Positions 1-10,734 of a DNA stretch of 64,000 nucleotides are shown here, piece after piece; position 1 is the first letter of the stretch; the number at the start of each line of letters is the position of its first letter. This DNA comes from Longimicrobiales bacterium (GTDB taxonomy: Bacteria > Gemmatimonadota > Gemmatimonadetes > Longimicrobiales > Gaopeijiaceae), in assembly GCA_963422615.1 (NCBI GenBank), contig OY730414.1:248001-312000 (forward strand), given 5' to 3'. The notes below the pieces were generated by a model. That model ran no database searches. It was given only the letters and a program-made list of their open reading frames with translations, and was not told the DNA's origin. Both the position numbers and the translations under genes were made by a program.

Positions 1-1
1 A

Positions 2-439
2 ACCACCCCGGACGGGACGGTCCTCATCCCCAGATGCACCAAAGTTCTGGGCCGAGTGACCGCGTCCGAAAGCTCGTACGGTCCCGGGGAGGATCCGGTT
101 CTGGAGATCGACTTCGAGACCCTGTCGGCGGCGACCTACGAACGGCCCGTTCGGACCATCGCCACCCGGATGGAAGTGCGCCTGGGAAGGAGGAACGGAC
201 CCGTCAACGATTTTCCGGTCCCCGGAGTGATCCCCGCCGGGGACGTGATCGTCGTCGAACTTCGGGCGCTGCGGGTCCCGCTTTGGCCCGACACCGGCAT
301 CGCAGCACCCGCCCGTGATTCGTCGCAACGCCCCGGCGATTCCCCTGCCCCCGGGGAGCGGCCGGATTCCCTCGATCCCTTGGCGGATGGGCTCACCCTG
401 TCGGGGCCTGATCGAATGGGATGCTGGACACCCGTCTGA
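2..439 (+). CDS. Hypothetical protein, 5'-truncated by the window edge
   Basis: Frame open from base 2 (TTPDGTVLIPRCTKVLGRVTASE...) to a stop overlapping the murQ start; no family recognised. Confidence 0.5.
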   Translation, partial: TTPDGTVLIPRCTKVLGRVTASESSYGPGEDPVLEIDFETLSAATYERPVRTIATRMEVRLGRRNGPVNDFPVPGVIPAGDVIVVELRALRVPLWPDTGIAAPARDSSQRPGDSPAPGERPDSLDPLADGLTLSGPDRMGCWTPV

Positions 440-1365
440 CGGAGCAGCGGAATCCTCGCAGCGCGGCCATCGACAGCCTGGCGCCCTTGGAAATCGTCGG
501 ACTCATCAACGAGGAGGACCGCTCGGTGGCGCCCGCGGTCGGCCGGGAAGCCGAAGCCATTGCCCGGGCCGTTGAGCTGGCCGTCGAGAGCTTCCGGGCC
601 GGGGGGCGGCTCATATACATAGGCGCCGGGACATCGGGGCGGCTGGGCGTTCTCGACGCCGCCGAAATGCCGCCCACCTACGGGACCGACCCGAATCTTG
701 TCCAGGGCGTCATTGCCGGAGGCTTCGAGGCCCTGGTACGGGCCCAGGAGGGGGCGGAGGACCACCCGGAGGACGGAGCTGCCGCCATGGACGAAAAGGG
801 CGTCGCAGAGACCGACTTTGTCATCGGGATCGCATCATCGGGCACAACGCCGTTCGTACACGGGGCCTTGGCGCGGGCCCGGGAGCGGGGCGCACGCACG
901 GGCTTCCTCCTCTGCACCCCCCCCTCCGAGGCCTTGCTGGGCCGACACGACGTGGTTATTGCGCCCCTGACGGGCCCCGAGGTCATCACCGGGTCGACTC
1001 GGATGAAGGCCGGGACCGCAACCAAGATGGTCCTCAACACCATCACCACCGGAGCCATGGTCCTGTACGGCAAGGTAGACGGAAATCTCATGGTCGATCT
1101 TCAGGTAACGTGCCAGAAACTGCAGGACCGGGGGGAGAGGATCCTGATGGCGACCCTGGGGCTCGGCCGAGAAGATTCCCGCACTCTGCTGGCGGAGGCC
1201 CGGGGCCACGTGAAGACGGCCCTCGTGATGCACCGCCTCGACCTGGGGGCCGCGGAAGCTCGGGAGGCCCTTGAAGAGGCCGGGGGCGTCGCCGCGGCGG
1301 CGGAAGTAACCGGACCAACCCGCCCCGGGGGCCATCGTGGAAGGATTGTCGATGGCGACGGGTGA
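421..1365 (+). CDS. murQ: N-acetylmuramic acid 6-phosphate etherase
   Basis: SIS-domain motifs TEQRNPRS, GAGTSGRLGVLDAAEMPPTYG, GPEVITGSTRMKAGTATKMVLN, GNLMVD. Confidence 0.95.
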   Translation: MLDTRLTEQRNPRSAAIDSLAPLEIVGLINEEDRSVAPAVGREAEAIARAVELAVESFRAGGRLIYIGAGTSGRLGVLDAAEMPPTYGTDPNLVQGVIAGGFEALVRAQEGAEDHPEDGAAAMDEKGVAETDFVIGIASSGTTPFVHGALARARERGARTGFLLCTPPSEALLGRHDVVIAPLTGPEVITGSTRMKAGTATKMVLNTITTGAMVLYGKVDGNLMVDLQVTCQKLQDRGERILMATLGLGREDSRTLLAEARGHVKTALVMHRLDLGAAEAREALEEAGGVAAAAEVTGPTRPGGHRGRIVDGDG

Positions 1366-3067
1366 CCCCCGGTGGGGCATCCTTCGGAAGGATAGAACCG
1401 CATTGGCGTTCGTCGTCGCCATCCACTTGATCTTCGCCTTCGCCACGTGGATGCCGGCCATTCATACGGGTGGCGACAACGCCGCCTACGTCTCCCTGGC
1501 TCATTCCCTCGCCCAGAACGGCTCGTATCAGGAAGTGTGGTCTCCGGGGACACCTCTGCACACCAAGTATCCGCCGGTGTACCCCGCCGCCCTGGCCCTC
1601 CTGATCCTCTCCGGCGCAAAAACGTGGGGAAGCCTCAAGGCCGCCTCGGTGGTGTTCACGGGGATTTCGACGGTCTTTTGTTTCCTCTGGGTCCGGAGGA
1701 TCCGCAACGTTCGAACCGCAACGGTGGTCGCAGCGCTGTTCGGTATGGCGCCTGCGGTTCTCTTCGCCTCCCGGTGGATCCTGTCCGATCCCCTGTTTCT
1801 CGCCCTGACCCTGGGCTGCTGCTGGCTCCTGTCGCCCCCAAAGGGAGTGTCGCCAAAGGGAGGGCCTTCCGGAAAATCCCCGGACGACCCGGAAGCGATT
1901 CGGCTGCCAACCGCCCCGCAGGTAGCGGCGGGACTCGCTCTGGCCACCCTCGCCTACTTTACGCGGTCGGCGGGATTGCCGCTGATCGCCGCGGTCCTCC
2001 TCTGGCTGCTGCTGCAACGGCAATGGGTCAGGCTGGGCATCTTCACCGCCCTTTTCTCGGTGCCGGCGGCGCTTTGGAGCCTGCGCCCCAGAGCCAGCGG
2101 GAACTACGTTTCCGAGTTCTGGATGATCAATCCGTACTCCCCCGACCTGGGACGGGTGGGCTTTCCGGAACTTGTGGCGCGGGCGGCAGAAAACCTGTGG
2201 CGCTACGGGAGCGACTTCGTTCCCTCCGGTCTGACCGGATTGAGCGGGGGGTGGGCCACCGCTCTGGGAGCCGGGCTGACGGGGTTGACGCTGGCGGGCT
2301 GGCTCCGTCGGGTCCGTTCGAAACCGGGCGTGCCCGAGTTCTTCTTCCTTCTCTATTCCGGCCTCATTCTGGCGTGGCCAGGGGTGTGGTCGGGAGACCG
2401 TTTCGCGTTGCCTCTCTTCCCCTTCATCCTGCTCTATTCGGGGGAGTCGCTGGCTTCCCTGGCGGGGCGTCTCTCTCGGGGGCCGGGTGGGACTCGAGCC
2501 GCGGTTGCGGTCGCGGTCGCAATCGTAGCGATTCCCGCAGGCGCCTCCGGGATGAGATCCGCCGGTTCGGCAAACGATTGCAGGATCCGGACAGCCACAT
2601 CCGGGCCCCTGGGGTGCTACGCTTCGAACGTCTACGACTTTTATGCGATGGCCCGGTGGGCCGGCGATCACCTGCCCGAAGGGTCAGCCGTCTTCAGCCG
2701 GAAACCCCGACTTTTCCACGTCTTCAGCGGACTTCCGTCAACGACTTTCCCCTTCAGCACAGACCAACGGAGGTTTTGGGATGCCGTTGATTCCCTGGAC
2801 ATCGCGTATGTCGTTGTGGGAAACTGGGGCCGACAAAGCCAAGCGTACGTGGGGTCGGTCGTCACCGCCCGCCCGGACCGTTTTTGCTACGTCACGGGAA
2901 TCGGTTCCAGCACGAGCCTGCTGGCGATCACCCCTCCCGGGGCCGACGATCCCGGAGAAAGCACCGACAGCCTTCCCGTCCTGAAGCGCTGCTCCGGTGC
3001 GCTTGCATCCCCGCCTCCCTCCCTTTCGGCCCTCGCCTCCATGAGAATACCGATGCTGGAACGGTGA
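1352..3067 (+). CDS. Polytopic membrane glycosyltransferase (GT-C/ArnT/PMT-like)
   Basis: Many TM segments; GGDNAAYVSLAHSL, KYPPVYP, ILSDPLF and RFALPLFP motifs. Confidence 0.7.
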   Translation: MATGDPRWGILRKDRTALAFVVAIHLIFAFATWMPAIHTGGDNAAYVSLAHSLAQNGSYQEVWSPGTPLHTKYPPVYPAALALLILSGAKTWGSLKAASVVFTGISTVFCFLWVRRIRNVRTATVVAALFGMAPAVLFASRWILSDPLFLALTLGCCWLLSPPKGVSPKGGPSGKSPDDPEAIRLPTAPQVAAGLALATLAYFTRSAGLPLIAAVLLWLLLQRQWVRLGIFTALFSVPAALWSLRPRASGNYVSEFWMINPYSPDLGRVGFPELVARAAENLWRYGSDFVPSGLTGLSGGWATALGAGLTGLTLAGWLRRVRSKPGVPEFFFLLYSGLILAWPGVWSGDRFALPLFPFILLYSGESLASLAGRLSRGPGGTRAAVAVAVAIVAIPAGASGMRSAGSANDCRIRTATSGPLGCYASNVYDFYAMARWAGDHLPEGSAVFSRKPRLFHVFSGLPSTTFPFSTDQRRFWDAVDSLDIAYVVVGNWGRQSQAYVGSVVTARPDRFCYVTGIGSSTSLLAITPPGADDPGESTDSLPVLKRCSGALASPPPSLSALASMRIPMLER

Positions 3068-3083
3068 TCTCCAACGAGCCGCC

Positions 3084-6000
3084 ATGAACCCAAGAGCGCT
3101 TTTCCCGACCCTCCTCACGTTGGCTTCCATCCTGGCCTGGGCAGTCCGGCCAGCGCTCGCCCAGACCCCTCCCCCCGACGAGGACTGGCAGCAGTTTCGC
3201 ACCGATCATTTCGTGATCACCTACCCAGGCCGCCTGGACGAACTGGCTCGACGCGCGGCTTCCCGGGCGGAACGGGCGTACGTGCTTCTCGCACAACGGT
3301 TCGTCGCCACGCCCGACGGTCCGGTTCAGCTGCTCCTCACTGACCACGCCGACATCTCCAACGGCTTCGCGACCCCCATCCCATACAACCAGATCACGAT
3401 CTTCGCGCGCCCCCCCATGGACGGGGGCTCCCTCTCCTATTTCGACGACTGGCTCGAGCTGGTGATCACTCACGAGCTCGTCCACACCTTTCACTTGGAC
3501 ATGGCGGGGGGGCTGGGCAAGGTCCTCCGTACCGTGTTCGGGCGGTTGCCCATGTCCTGGCCGGCGTTCCCATCCGCTTCGGCCCCCACTTGGCTCACCG
3601 AAGGGATGGCAACCTACTTCGAGTCCGAGCTGACGGGGGCAGGCCGGGTCAAGGGGACTTGGCAGGAGATGGTGATGCGGGCCGCCGCCCTGGACGGGGC
3701 ATTCACTCCGGTGGACCAGGTTTCCGGACATTCGCCCGTCTGGCCGGCTGGAAATCGACCGTACGTCTACGGATCCCGCTACCTGGAGCACATGGCCCAT
3801 CTGCACGGCGAAGGCTCCATTGGGGACTTCGCCCGCTCCCTGGCGGGTCTTTATGTTCCCTTCCGGATCAACGCCGCAGCCAGGGGCGCCTTCGGAGAGA
3901 CCGTGGCCGACAGCTGGGCCGGGTGGCACCGGGAGACCGTGGCCCGGTACCGATCTCTTGCCGACAGCCTCTCCCGGCAGGCTCCCCTCACCACTGGGGA
4001 AACCGTGGAGGAGGCGGGACGACTGGCCCACCAGGCGGTGGTATCGGGGGACGGGGAGACCCTGGCTTTTCTCCGTGCCAGCGGGGTCGACGATCCCCAG
4101 ATCCGCCTCTCGAACCCGGATGGCTCGAACCCTCGTTCCCTGACCCGGATCAACAGCACCGGGGGTACCCTTTCCTGGGAGCCCACCGGCGGCCTGGTGT
4201 TCGCACAGCTTGACTTCACCGATCCATACCGCTTGACCAGCGACCTCTACCGGGCCAACCCCGACGGCTCGGTGGAGCGCCTGACCCGGGGGCAACGCCT
4301 GACCTACGCCGACGTGTCGCCAGACGGAACCCGGGCCGTCGCCGTCCAGGAGGGGGGCGGCACCAACGTTCTGGTCCTCATGGATCTGGCTACGGGAGAC
4401 GTGACCCCCCTCTCCGACCCCGATCCCGACCAGCACTGGGCCCTTCCCCGCTGGTCTCCCGACGGGCGGCGCATCGCGGCGGTTCGCTGGATCCCCCCGG
4501 CCATGATGGACATCGTCGTTCTCGGGGACGACGGCACCGTGATTACGGAAGTGACCCGGGACCGGGCCGTGGACACCACCCCCTTCTGGACCCAGGACGG
4601 GTCCACCGTGATCTGGTCCTCGGACCGGACCGGGATTCCCAACATCTTCGCCGCCACCCTTCGGGCGGAGCGAGCCCCGGAAGTGCGCCAAGTCACCCAC
4701 ATGCTGGGCGGGGCCTCCCATCCGTCCACGGACCCCCTGGGCCGGTGGATCTACTTCTCCTCCTACCACAGCAACGGCTGGCACATCGAACGGATCCCCT
4801 TCGCGCCGGCCACCTGGTTCACCCCCCTCCCCATGAGCGCTCGATTTGCCACCGCCGCACCCCGCGAAGAAACAGCGTTGGGAACCGAACCCCCTCGGGC
4901 GTACAGTGCCCTGCCCACCCTTCGACCCTACTACTGGACCCCCGCGGCGCGGGGCCCGACGAGGGGAACGGACCAAGCCGGTGTCCGCCGAGACATCATC
5001 CGACCGACCGTGGGGCTGCAAACCGGGGGATCGGACCTCGTGGGGCGGCACGTCTACAGCGCTTCGGCGCGGGTCTCCATCAACGGTCAGCGTTTTGCCG
5101 GCGGGCTCACGTACGGCTATCGGGGGTTCGGCAACCCGGCCTTGGGCTTCTCCCTCGCCCAGGGCTACGATGCTTCGTCCCGGACCCTCGGGGTCCAGTT
5201 CCCCGACGGCTCTCTGCGGGAGTTCTTTCTCGTGGAGCGGGAACGCAGTGCCCGGCTCTCGGCCTCCTTCCAGCGGCCTCGTCTCAAAAGCTTCGCCTCC
5301 CTGGTTCTGAGCGGCGGCTTCATCCGTGAGGACCTCACGCTCCAGGATCCGGAGGGGAACGAAGGACCCACCTTGCGCAGTCCTCCTCCCCAAAGGAACT
5401 TAGGCGAGGTGCGGGCGACACTGTCGGGGTCCACCACAAGCCGACGGGCGTTTTCATTCTCTCGAGAGGACGGCGTGTCGGCCTTCGTCAGTGGTCGGAT
5501 CCGCCGGGAGATGAACCTGGATCCGGCCCGCCGGAACGCCCTGGGCCAGGACCGGGGGTTCCAAGACGTGGTCGGCGAAGCGGCGGCGTTCAAGGCCATC
5601 GGCGGCCCAGGATTCGCGAACCATGTTCTTGCCCTGCGCTTCTCTGCGGGAGCGGGGTTCGGACCCGGGGCCAATCAGTTCCACTTTGACGTCGGCGGAG
5701 CGGAGGGGACCCGCGAACGGGTGACCGGCCTGGGACTCTTTGGCGGCTCGTCCCTCCTCTTCCCCATAAGAGGCTATCCGGAAAATGTCCGTTCCGGCCG
5801 GATTGCGTGGACAGCAAGCGCCGAGTACCGCGTCCCCCTGGCCTTGATCGACAGGGGGGCCGGATCGTTCCCCGTCTTCTTCGATCGCATCCACGGAACG
5901 ATCTTCTTCGACGCGGGGAATGCCTGGGGGCCAGACTTGAACGAAAGCGGCTACGACAACCCTCGTCGGAAGACCCTGGCCAGTATCGGGGGGGAGTTGT

Positions 6001-6134
6001 CGGCCATCGTGTCGCCCTTCTACCTGCGAGGGATCGTCCTGCGCTTCGGAGCCGGGGTGCCCCTTCAGGCCCACCCCCCGGATTTGGGGAAACCCGACCC
6101 CGTCTTCTACCTGCGCGTTGGCAATCCGTTCTAG
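3084..6134 (+). CDS. Exported protein: zinc-peptidase-like domain + TolB/PD40 propeller + Omp85/BamA-like barrel
   Basis: Signal peptide; HELVH...WLTEGMA gluzincin motif; SPDG/WSPDG repeats; IRGYP, FFDAGNAW and C-terminal Phe. Confidence 0.75.
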   Translation: MNPRALFPTLLTLASILAWAVRPALAQTPPPDEDWQQFRTDHFVITYPGRLDELARRAASRAERAYVLLAQRFVATPDGPVQLLLTDHADISNGFATPIPYNQITIFARPPMDGGSLSYFDDWLELVITHELVHTFHLDMAGGLGKVLRTVFGRLPMSWPAFPSASAPTWLTEGMATYFESELTGAGRVKGTWQEMVMRAAALDGAFTPVDQVSGHSPVWPAGNRPYVYGSRYLEHMAHLHGEGSIGDFARSLAGLYVPFRINAAARGAFGETVADSWAGWHRETVARYRSLADSLSRQAPLTTGETVEEAGRLAHQAVVSGDGETLAFLRASGVDDPQIRLSNPDGSNPRSLTRINSTGGTLSWEPTGGLVFAQLDFTDPYRLTSDLYRANPDGSVERLTRGQRLTYADVSPDGTRAVAVQEGGGTNVLVLMDLATGDVTPLSDPDPDQHWALPRWSPDGRRIAAVRWIPPAMMDIVVLGDDGTVITEVTRDRAVDTTPFWTQDGSTVIWSSDRTGIPNIFAATLRAERAPEVRQVTHMLGGASHPSTDPLGRWIYFSSYHSNGWHIERIPFAPATWFTPLPMSARFATAAPREETALGTEPPRAYSALPTLRPYYWTPAARGPTRGTDQAGVRRDIIRPTVGLQTGGSDLVGRHVYSASARVSINGQRFAGGLTYGYRGFGNPALGFSLAQGYDASSRTLGVQFPDGSLREFFLVERERSARLSASFQRPRLKSFASLVLSGGFIREDLTLQDPEGNEGPTLRSPPPQRNLGEVRATLSGSTTSRRAFSFSREDGVSAFVSGRIRREMNLDPARRNALGQDRGFQDVVGEAAAFKAIGGPGFANHVLALRFSAGAGFGPGANQFHFDVGGAEGTRERVTGLGLFGGSSLLFPIRGYPENVRSGRIAWTASAEYRVPLALIDRGAGSFPVFFDRIHGTIFFDAGNAWGPDLNESGYDNPRRKTLASIGGELSAIVSPFYLRGIVLRFGAGVPLQAHPPDLGKPDPVFYLRVGNPF

Positions 6135-6340
6135 TCGACCCTCATCACTTATCTCTGCAAGAGGGAGGCCTGGACTTCTCCAAAAGGGAGGCCGGAACTT
6201 CGTCGTCCCGATGGCCCTGGGCGGAATCCAGGCGCTTGAATTGCCATGAAAAGTCTGCTCGTCAGCGCAATACCGACTTTTTCCTTACGGGAAACGTCCG
6301 AAAACCGAAACTGGACAGGGCCCCCCACAAACCGCGAAAT

Positions 6341-6356
6341 TACTTAGGTATAGTGT
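6341..6356 (+). promoter_or_regulatory. Possible NrdR box
   Basis: TACTTAGGTATAGTGT upstream of nrdJ; only the right half matches the acaCwAtATaTwGtgt consensus. Confidence 0.3.
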
Positions 6357-6519
6357 CGCCGTGTAACGGCACGCTTTCATGGGGGTTAAGTCGGTGCTTC
6401 GTGATCCTGTTTTTTGCCCTGGCCCATACCCCTGCGGGTAATCAGAATGACGGGGTGGTGGCCAGAGGGCGTGTCCGCCCCGGGCCGTGTCCGCCCCGGG
6501 GCAAAGAGGGAGGCTCGGC

Positions 6520-9138
6520 GTGACCTTGCGGAAAGCATCGAAGGACGCGTCCCGGAACGGGGAACCGGGCAAACCCGCCCGGGCCCCCCACGCTTCCCGC
6601 ATCTTTGACGATCACGTCCCGGACGATCTTCCTGCCGCCCAGCTCTCCGACAACGCCCGAATCGTTCTTGCCCGCAGGTATCTGAAAAAGGACGAATCCG
6701 GCACCCCGACGGAGGAACCGGAGACCATGTTCTGGCGAATCGCCAGGGTCGTCGCCGAAGAGGACCGGCGGTACGGAGCTTCCGAAGCCGCCATCCATGA
6801 GGTGGCCCGAAGCTTCTACGACCTGATGATCACGGGAAAGTTCGAGCCCAATTCCCCCACCCTCATGAATGCGGGCCGACCCCTGGCCCAGCTTTCGGCG
6901 TGCTTCGTACTCCCCGTGGAGGACGCGCTGGCCAACGGCAAGAGCGGAATCTACGACACCCTCAGGGCCATGGCCCTCGTGCACCAGTCCGGCGGCGGGA
7001 CCGGGTTTTCGTTCTCCCGCCTTCGCCCCAAGGGGGACCCGGTGCGTTCGACCATGGGCGTGGCGTCGGGCCCCGTCTCCTTCATGCGGCTCTACGACGC
7101 CTCGACCGAGGTGGTCAAGCAGGGCGGCACCCGGCGGGGCGCCAACATGGGCATTCTGCGGGTGGACCACCCGGACATTCGCGACTTCATCCACTGCAAG
7201 AACGACACCACCCAGGTCACCAACTTCAACATCTCAGTCGCCGTCACCGACGCCTTCATGGAGTCCGTCAACAGGGAGGAGGCGTACGATCTGGTCAGTC
7301 CTCGGACCGGAGAAGTCGTCGGCCGGGAAAACGCTCGTGAGGTGTTCGACTCCATCGTCAACGGGGCGTGGAAGACCGGGGAGCCGGGGGTCTTCTTCGT
7401 TGACCGGGCCAACGCCCACAATCCGGTCCCCCACTTGGGATCCTACGAAGCCACGAATCCTTGCGGAGAGCAGCCCCTACTTCCCTACGATGTTTGCAAT
7501 TTGGGAAGCATTAATGTGGGGCTGTTCGTTCGGAAAGGACGCTTCGACCGTCCAGAAGATGGCATCGACTGGGACGGGCTGCGCCTCGTCGTGCATTTGT
7601 CCGTCCACTTCCTGGACAACGTCATCGACGCCAGCCGGTACCCCTTGAAGGAAATCCAAGACTTGGCCCAGCAGATTCGCCGGGTCGGCCTGGGGCTCAT
7701 GGGGTGGGCCGATCTCCTGGTGCGCCTGGGTGTCCGGTACGACTCGAAAGAGGGGGTAAACCTCGGGCGCGCCTTGATGGCCTTCGTTGAAGAGGAGACT
7801 CGGAGGGCCTCCGAACGGCTGGCCAAGCGCCGGGGGGTGTTTCCGGCCTGGGAGAAATCGGTCTGGGGAACCGACGGGCGTTGCGCCCGGGACGCCGCCG
7901 GGGAGCGGATCCGCCCTTGCCGCCAACTTCGAAACTGCAACCTCACGACGGTGGCGCCTACCGGCACCATTTCGATCATCGCCGGGTGCAGCGGCGGCAT
8001 CGAACCCCTCTTTGCCGTGGCGTTCATGAGGAACCAAGCCGGGGTGATGATGCCCGACGTCAACCGGGACTTCGTGGCCCGGGCCCGGAAAGAGGGCTGG
8101 TACCGGAAGGAGCTCATGGAACGGATCGCCCGGGAGGGGCACATCCACTTCGACGAAATCCCGGACGATGTCCAGAAGGTATTTCGCACCGCTCATGACA
8201 TCGCGCCGGAGTGGCACGTGCGCATGCAGGCGGCGTTTCAGAGCCACGTGGACTCCGCGATTTCCAAGACGACCAACTTCCCTCATCAGGCCACCCGCCA
8301 GGACGTGCGCAAGATCTACGAGCTGGCCTTCCGGCTGGGGTGCAAGGGAGTGACGGTGTACCGCGACGGTTCCCGGCCCATGCAGGTGCTGTCGACGGGG
8401 AAGACGAGCCGAAAAGAGGAAGCAGCCTCCGCGACTTCCACCGAAACCGGGGCCTTGCAGCTCCAGCTGGCCGACGCTCGGGAAAAAGCCCATCGCCTGG
8501 AGGGAGAGCTGGAAGCGGTACGGCGGCAGTGGCGGGAGCAGGATCGGGACGCCGCGGCCTCTCGTCACAAGCGGAAGCGCCCGCAGGTGCTCAAGGGGCG
8601 GACGCTGAAGATGAACTCCCCCCTGGGCGACCTCTACGTCACCGTAAACGAAGACGAAACAGGCCGCCCCTTCGAGGTATTCTGCACGCTGGGGAAGGCC
8701 GGAGGTGCGGCCATGGCAGACTCCGAGGCCATCGGACGCTTGGTCTCCCTCGCCCTCCGGTCCGGCATTCCCATTACGGCGGTGCGGGACCAGCTTCGGG
8801 GCATCTCCTGTGACCGGGCCGTCGGGGTCGGCCCCAACAAGGTTCTGTCGGCGCCCGACGCCGTCGCTCAGGCCATTGACCGCTACCTGGCCGAACGGGG
8901 TGGGATCCAGGAAGAGCTGCCCCTGGACGTGCCGGCCGCAACGTCGGCGACGGCAGCGCCGCCGGACGCTGGGGGCAGCCGAGGGAACGCGACGGCGGGG
9001 TCTGCCCGGACCGGAATCCGTTATGTGGACCCCACCGATGTCGCGCTAGGGTCCTGTCCGGCGTGCGGCGCCAGCCAGCTGGCCTTCGAAGAAGGGTGCC
9101 GGAAGTGCTACGTCTGCGGCTTCTCGGAGTGCGGATAG
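6520..9138 (+). CDS. nrdJ: Adenosylcobalamin-dependent (class II) ribonucleotide reductase with C-terminal TSCPD domain
   Basis: PNSPTLMNAG, LSACFV, GGGTG, TNPCGEQPL, CNLGS, APTGTIS, TVYRDGSR; C-terminal CPAC..EGCRKCYVCGFSEC; GTG start after a GGGAGG RBS. Confidence 0.93.
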   Translation: MTLRKASKDASRNGEPGKPARAPHASRIFDDHVPDDLPAAQLSDNARIVLARRYLKKDESGTPTEEPETMFWRIARVVAEEDRRYGASEAAIHEVARSFYDLMITGKFEPNSPTLMNAGRPLAQLSACFVLPVEDALANGKSGIYDTLRAMALVHQSGGGTGFSFSRLRPKGDPVRSTMGVASGPVSFMRLYDASTEVVKQGGTRRGANMGILRVDHPDIRDFIHCKNDTTQVTNFNISVAVTDAFMESVNREEAYDLVSPRTGEVVGRENAREVFDSIVNGAWKTGEPGVFFVDRANAHNPVPHLGSYEATNPCGEQPLLPYDVCNLGSINVGLFVRKGRFDRPEDGIDWDGLRLVVHLSVHFLDNVIDASRYPLKEIQDLAQQIRRVGLGLMGWADLLVRLGVRYDSKEGVNLGRALMAFVEEETRRASERLAKRRGVFPAWEKSVWGTDGRCARDAAGERIRPCRQLRNCNLTTVAPTGTISIIAGCSGGIEPLFAVAFMRNQAGVMMPDVNRDFVARARKEGWYRKELMERIAREGHIHFDEIPDDVQKVFRTAHDIAPEWHVRMQAAFQSHVDSAISKTTNFPHQATRQDVRKIYELAFRLGCKGVTVYRDGSRPMQVLSTGKTSRKEEAASATSTETGALQLQLADAREKAHRLEGELEAVRRQWREQDRDAAASRHKRKRPQVLKGRTLKMNSPLGDLYVTVNEDETGRPFEVFCTLGKAGGAAMADSEAIGRLVSLALRSGIPITAVRDQLRGISCDRAVGVGPNKVLSAPDAVAQAIDRYLAERGGIQEELPLDVPAATSATAAPPDAGGSRGNATAGSARTGIRYVDPTDVALGSCPACGASQLAFEEGCRKCYVCGFSECG

Positions 9139-9228
9139 CCGAAGGCGGGTAAGGGGGCGAATTCGCGCGCTACGTCCGTCCAAGCTCCGCCCGAGCCGAC
9201 GCCCCTGTTCCCCGCCGGTCGTACCCCC

Positions 9229-10734
9229 CTACTCGCCCCCGGCCGGCTTCCGGTAATCCAGGGGCGGATCCCGGTCGCCCACGAGAGACACGTACTTGAA
9301 GTCGGGCCCCACCCGCTCCAGGTATTCCGCCCGGGCGATCTCCAACAATTCGGGGTCCGAGAAGAGGTCCACCGCCGTCATGGCCAGCGTCTTGGCCGCG
9401 ACGAGCATCCCCTTCTCCCCGATGGACATGCCGCCGGCGGCGATCGCCTGCCACGAATGCGCAGGGGTGCCAGGGACCCAGGTTGCCGTCGAGATCCCTG
9501 CGGTGGGAACGACCCAGCTCACGTCGGCGACGTCCGTCGAGCCGCCTCCGGGCCGGGGCCGGTAGGATCGGACTTCGGCGGCGCTCTCGATGGGAGGGGC
9601 GTCTTCCCGCAGGGTCTCCCTGATCGCTCGGGCGAAAGCCTCCTCCGCCTCGTCGTAGTCCACCCCGCCGACCCGCTTCAGATTCTCGTAGGTCCGCTGC
9701 TGCAGGGCTTCGTTGGGCAGCATGGCGAAGAGCCCGTGGATCACCTCGTACTCCATGCGGGTGCCCGTTCCCATGGCCGCCCCTTCGGCGGCGAGCACCA
9801 CGCGCTCGAAAATCGACACGACGTTCTCCGGGTCCGGGTTCCGCACGTAGTAGAACACCTCCGCGAAATCGGGAATCACGTTGGGCGCGTGTCCTCCGGC
9901 GGTGACGACATAGTGGATCCGGGTCTCTTGGGGAACGTGTTCGCGCAGCATGTTCACCATGTGGTTCATGGCCTCGACGCCGTCCAGCGCCGAACGGCCC
10001 TGCTCCGGGGCGGACGCCGCGTGGGCCGAAACCCCGTAGTAGCGGAACTTGGCCGACTTATTGGCCAGGGAGGACGACGGGCTCGCGTCGTTCGCGCTTC
10101 CCGGGTGCCAGTGAAGAACCGCGTCCACGTCTTCGAAGAGCCCGCCTCGAACCATGTAGACCTTGCCAGCCCCGCCCTCTTCCGCGGGGGTGCCGTAGAG
10201 TCGAACCGTTCCCGGGGTACCGGAGGCCTCCAACCAGCCCTTCACGGCAAGAGCAGCGGCCACCGAGCCGGCCCCGAAAAGGTGATGCCCACACGCGTGG
10301 CCAGCTTGCGCCCCCTGCCGGGGAGCCCGCTCCGGGCTCCGTTCCTGCGTGATCCCGGGCAGGGCATCGTACTCCGCCAAAATCCCGACGACGGGGGACC
10401 CCTCCCCCCAGCTGGCGACGAAGGCCGTGGGCATCCCGGCGACCCCCTCTTCGATCCTGAAACCGGCTTCCGCCAGCTGCTCCCGTAGCAAGGCCGAACT
10501 CTCCACCTCCTGGTACCCGACCTCCGCCAAGTCCCATATTTGCTGGGCAACCGAAGCGTAGCGAGCTGCGTTGGCTTCCACATGGTTGGCAACGACCTCG
10601 TGGCCGGACTGGCCGACCGCCGATTCGGGTGCCGCAAGGGGAAGAAGCCCGAAGGGAAGAAGCGGGAACGCCGGGCCGAAGAAGCGGTTCAGGGCGGGAA
10701 TGGGTCGCATCAGTCTTTTCATTGGATAAGTCAT
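9229..10734 (-). CDS. M20 family amidohydrolase (AbgB-like), probably exported
   Basis: EYDALPG, GHACGHH, GTPAEEGG, AHAA, GGSTDVADVSW; start codon uncertain. Confidence 0.88.
   Translation of the reverse strand: MTYPMKRLMRPIPALNRFFGPAFPLLPFGLLPLAAPESAVGQSGHEVVANHVEANAARYASVAQQIWDLAEVGYQEVESSALLREQLAEAGFRIEEGVAGMPTAFVASWGEGSPVVGILAEYDALPGITQERSPERAPRQGAQAGHACGHHLFGAGSVAAALAVKGWLEASGTPGTVRLYGTPAEEGGAGKVYMVRGGLFEDVDAVLHWHPGSANDASPSSSLANKSAKFRYYGVSAHAASAPEQGRSALDGVEAMNHMVNMLREHVPQETRIHYVVTAGGHAPNVIPDFAEVFYYVRNPDPENVVSIFERVVLAAEGAAMGTGTRMEYEVIHGLFAMLPNEALQQRTYENLKRVGGVDYDEAEEAFARAIRETLREDAPPIESAAEVRSYRPRPGGGSTDVADVSWVVPTAGISTATWVPGTPAHSWQAIAAGGMSIGEKGMLVAAKTLAMTAVDLFSDPELLEIARAEYLERVGPDFKYVSLVGDRDPPLDYRKPAGGE

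Noticed and set aside
2928..5393. Long antisense ORFs (821 aa here; also 26385-28316 and 36982-39849)
   Set aside because: Shadow frames of real high-GC genes
6520..9138. Intein or intron in nrdJ
   Set aside because: Catalytic motifs are contiguous; the only extra sequence is a short coiled-coil linker before the TSCPD domain
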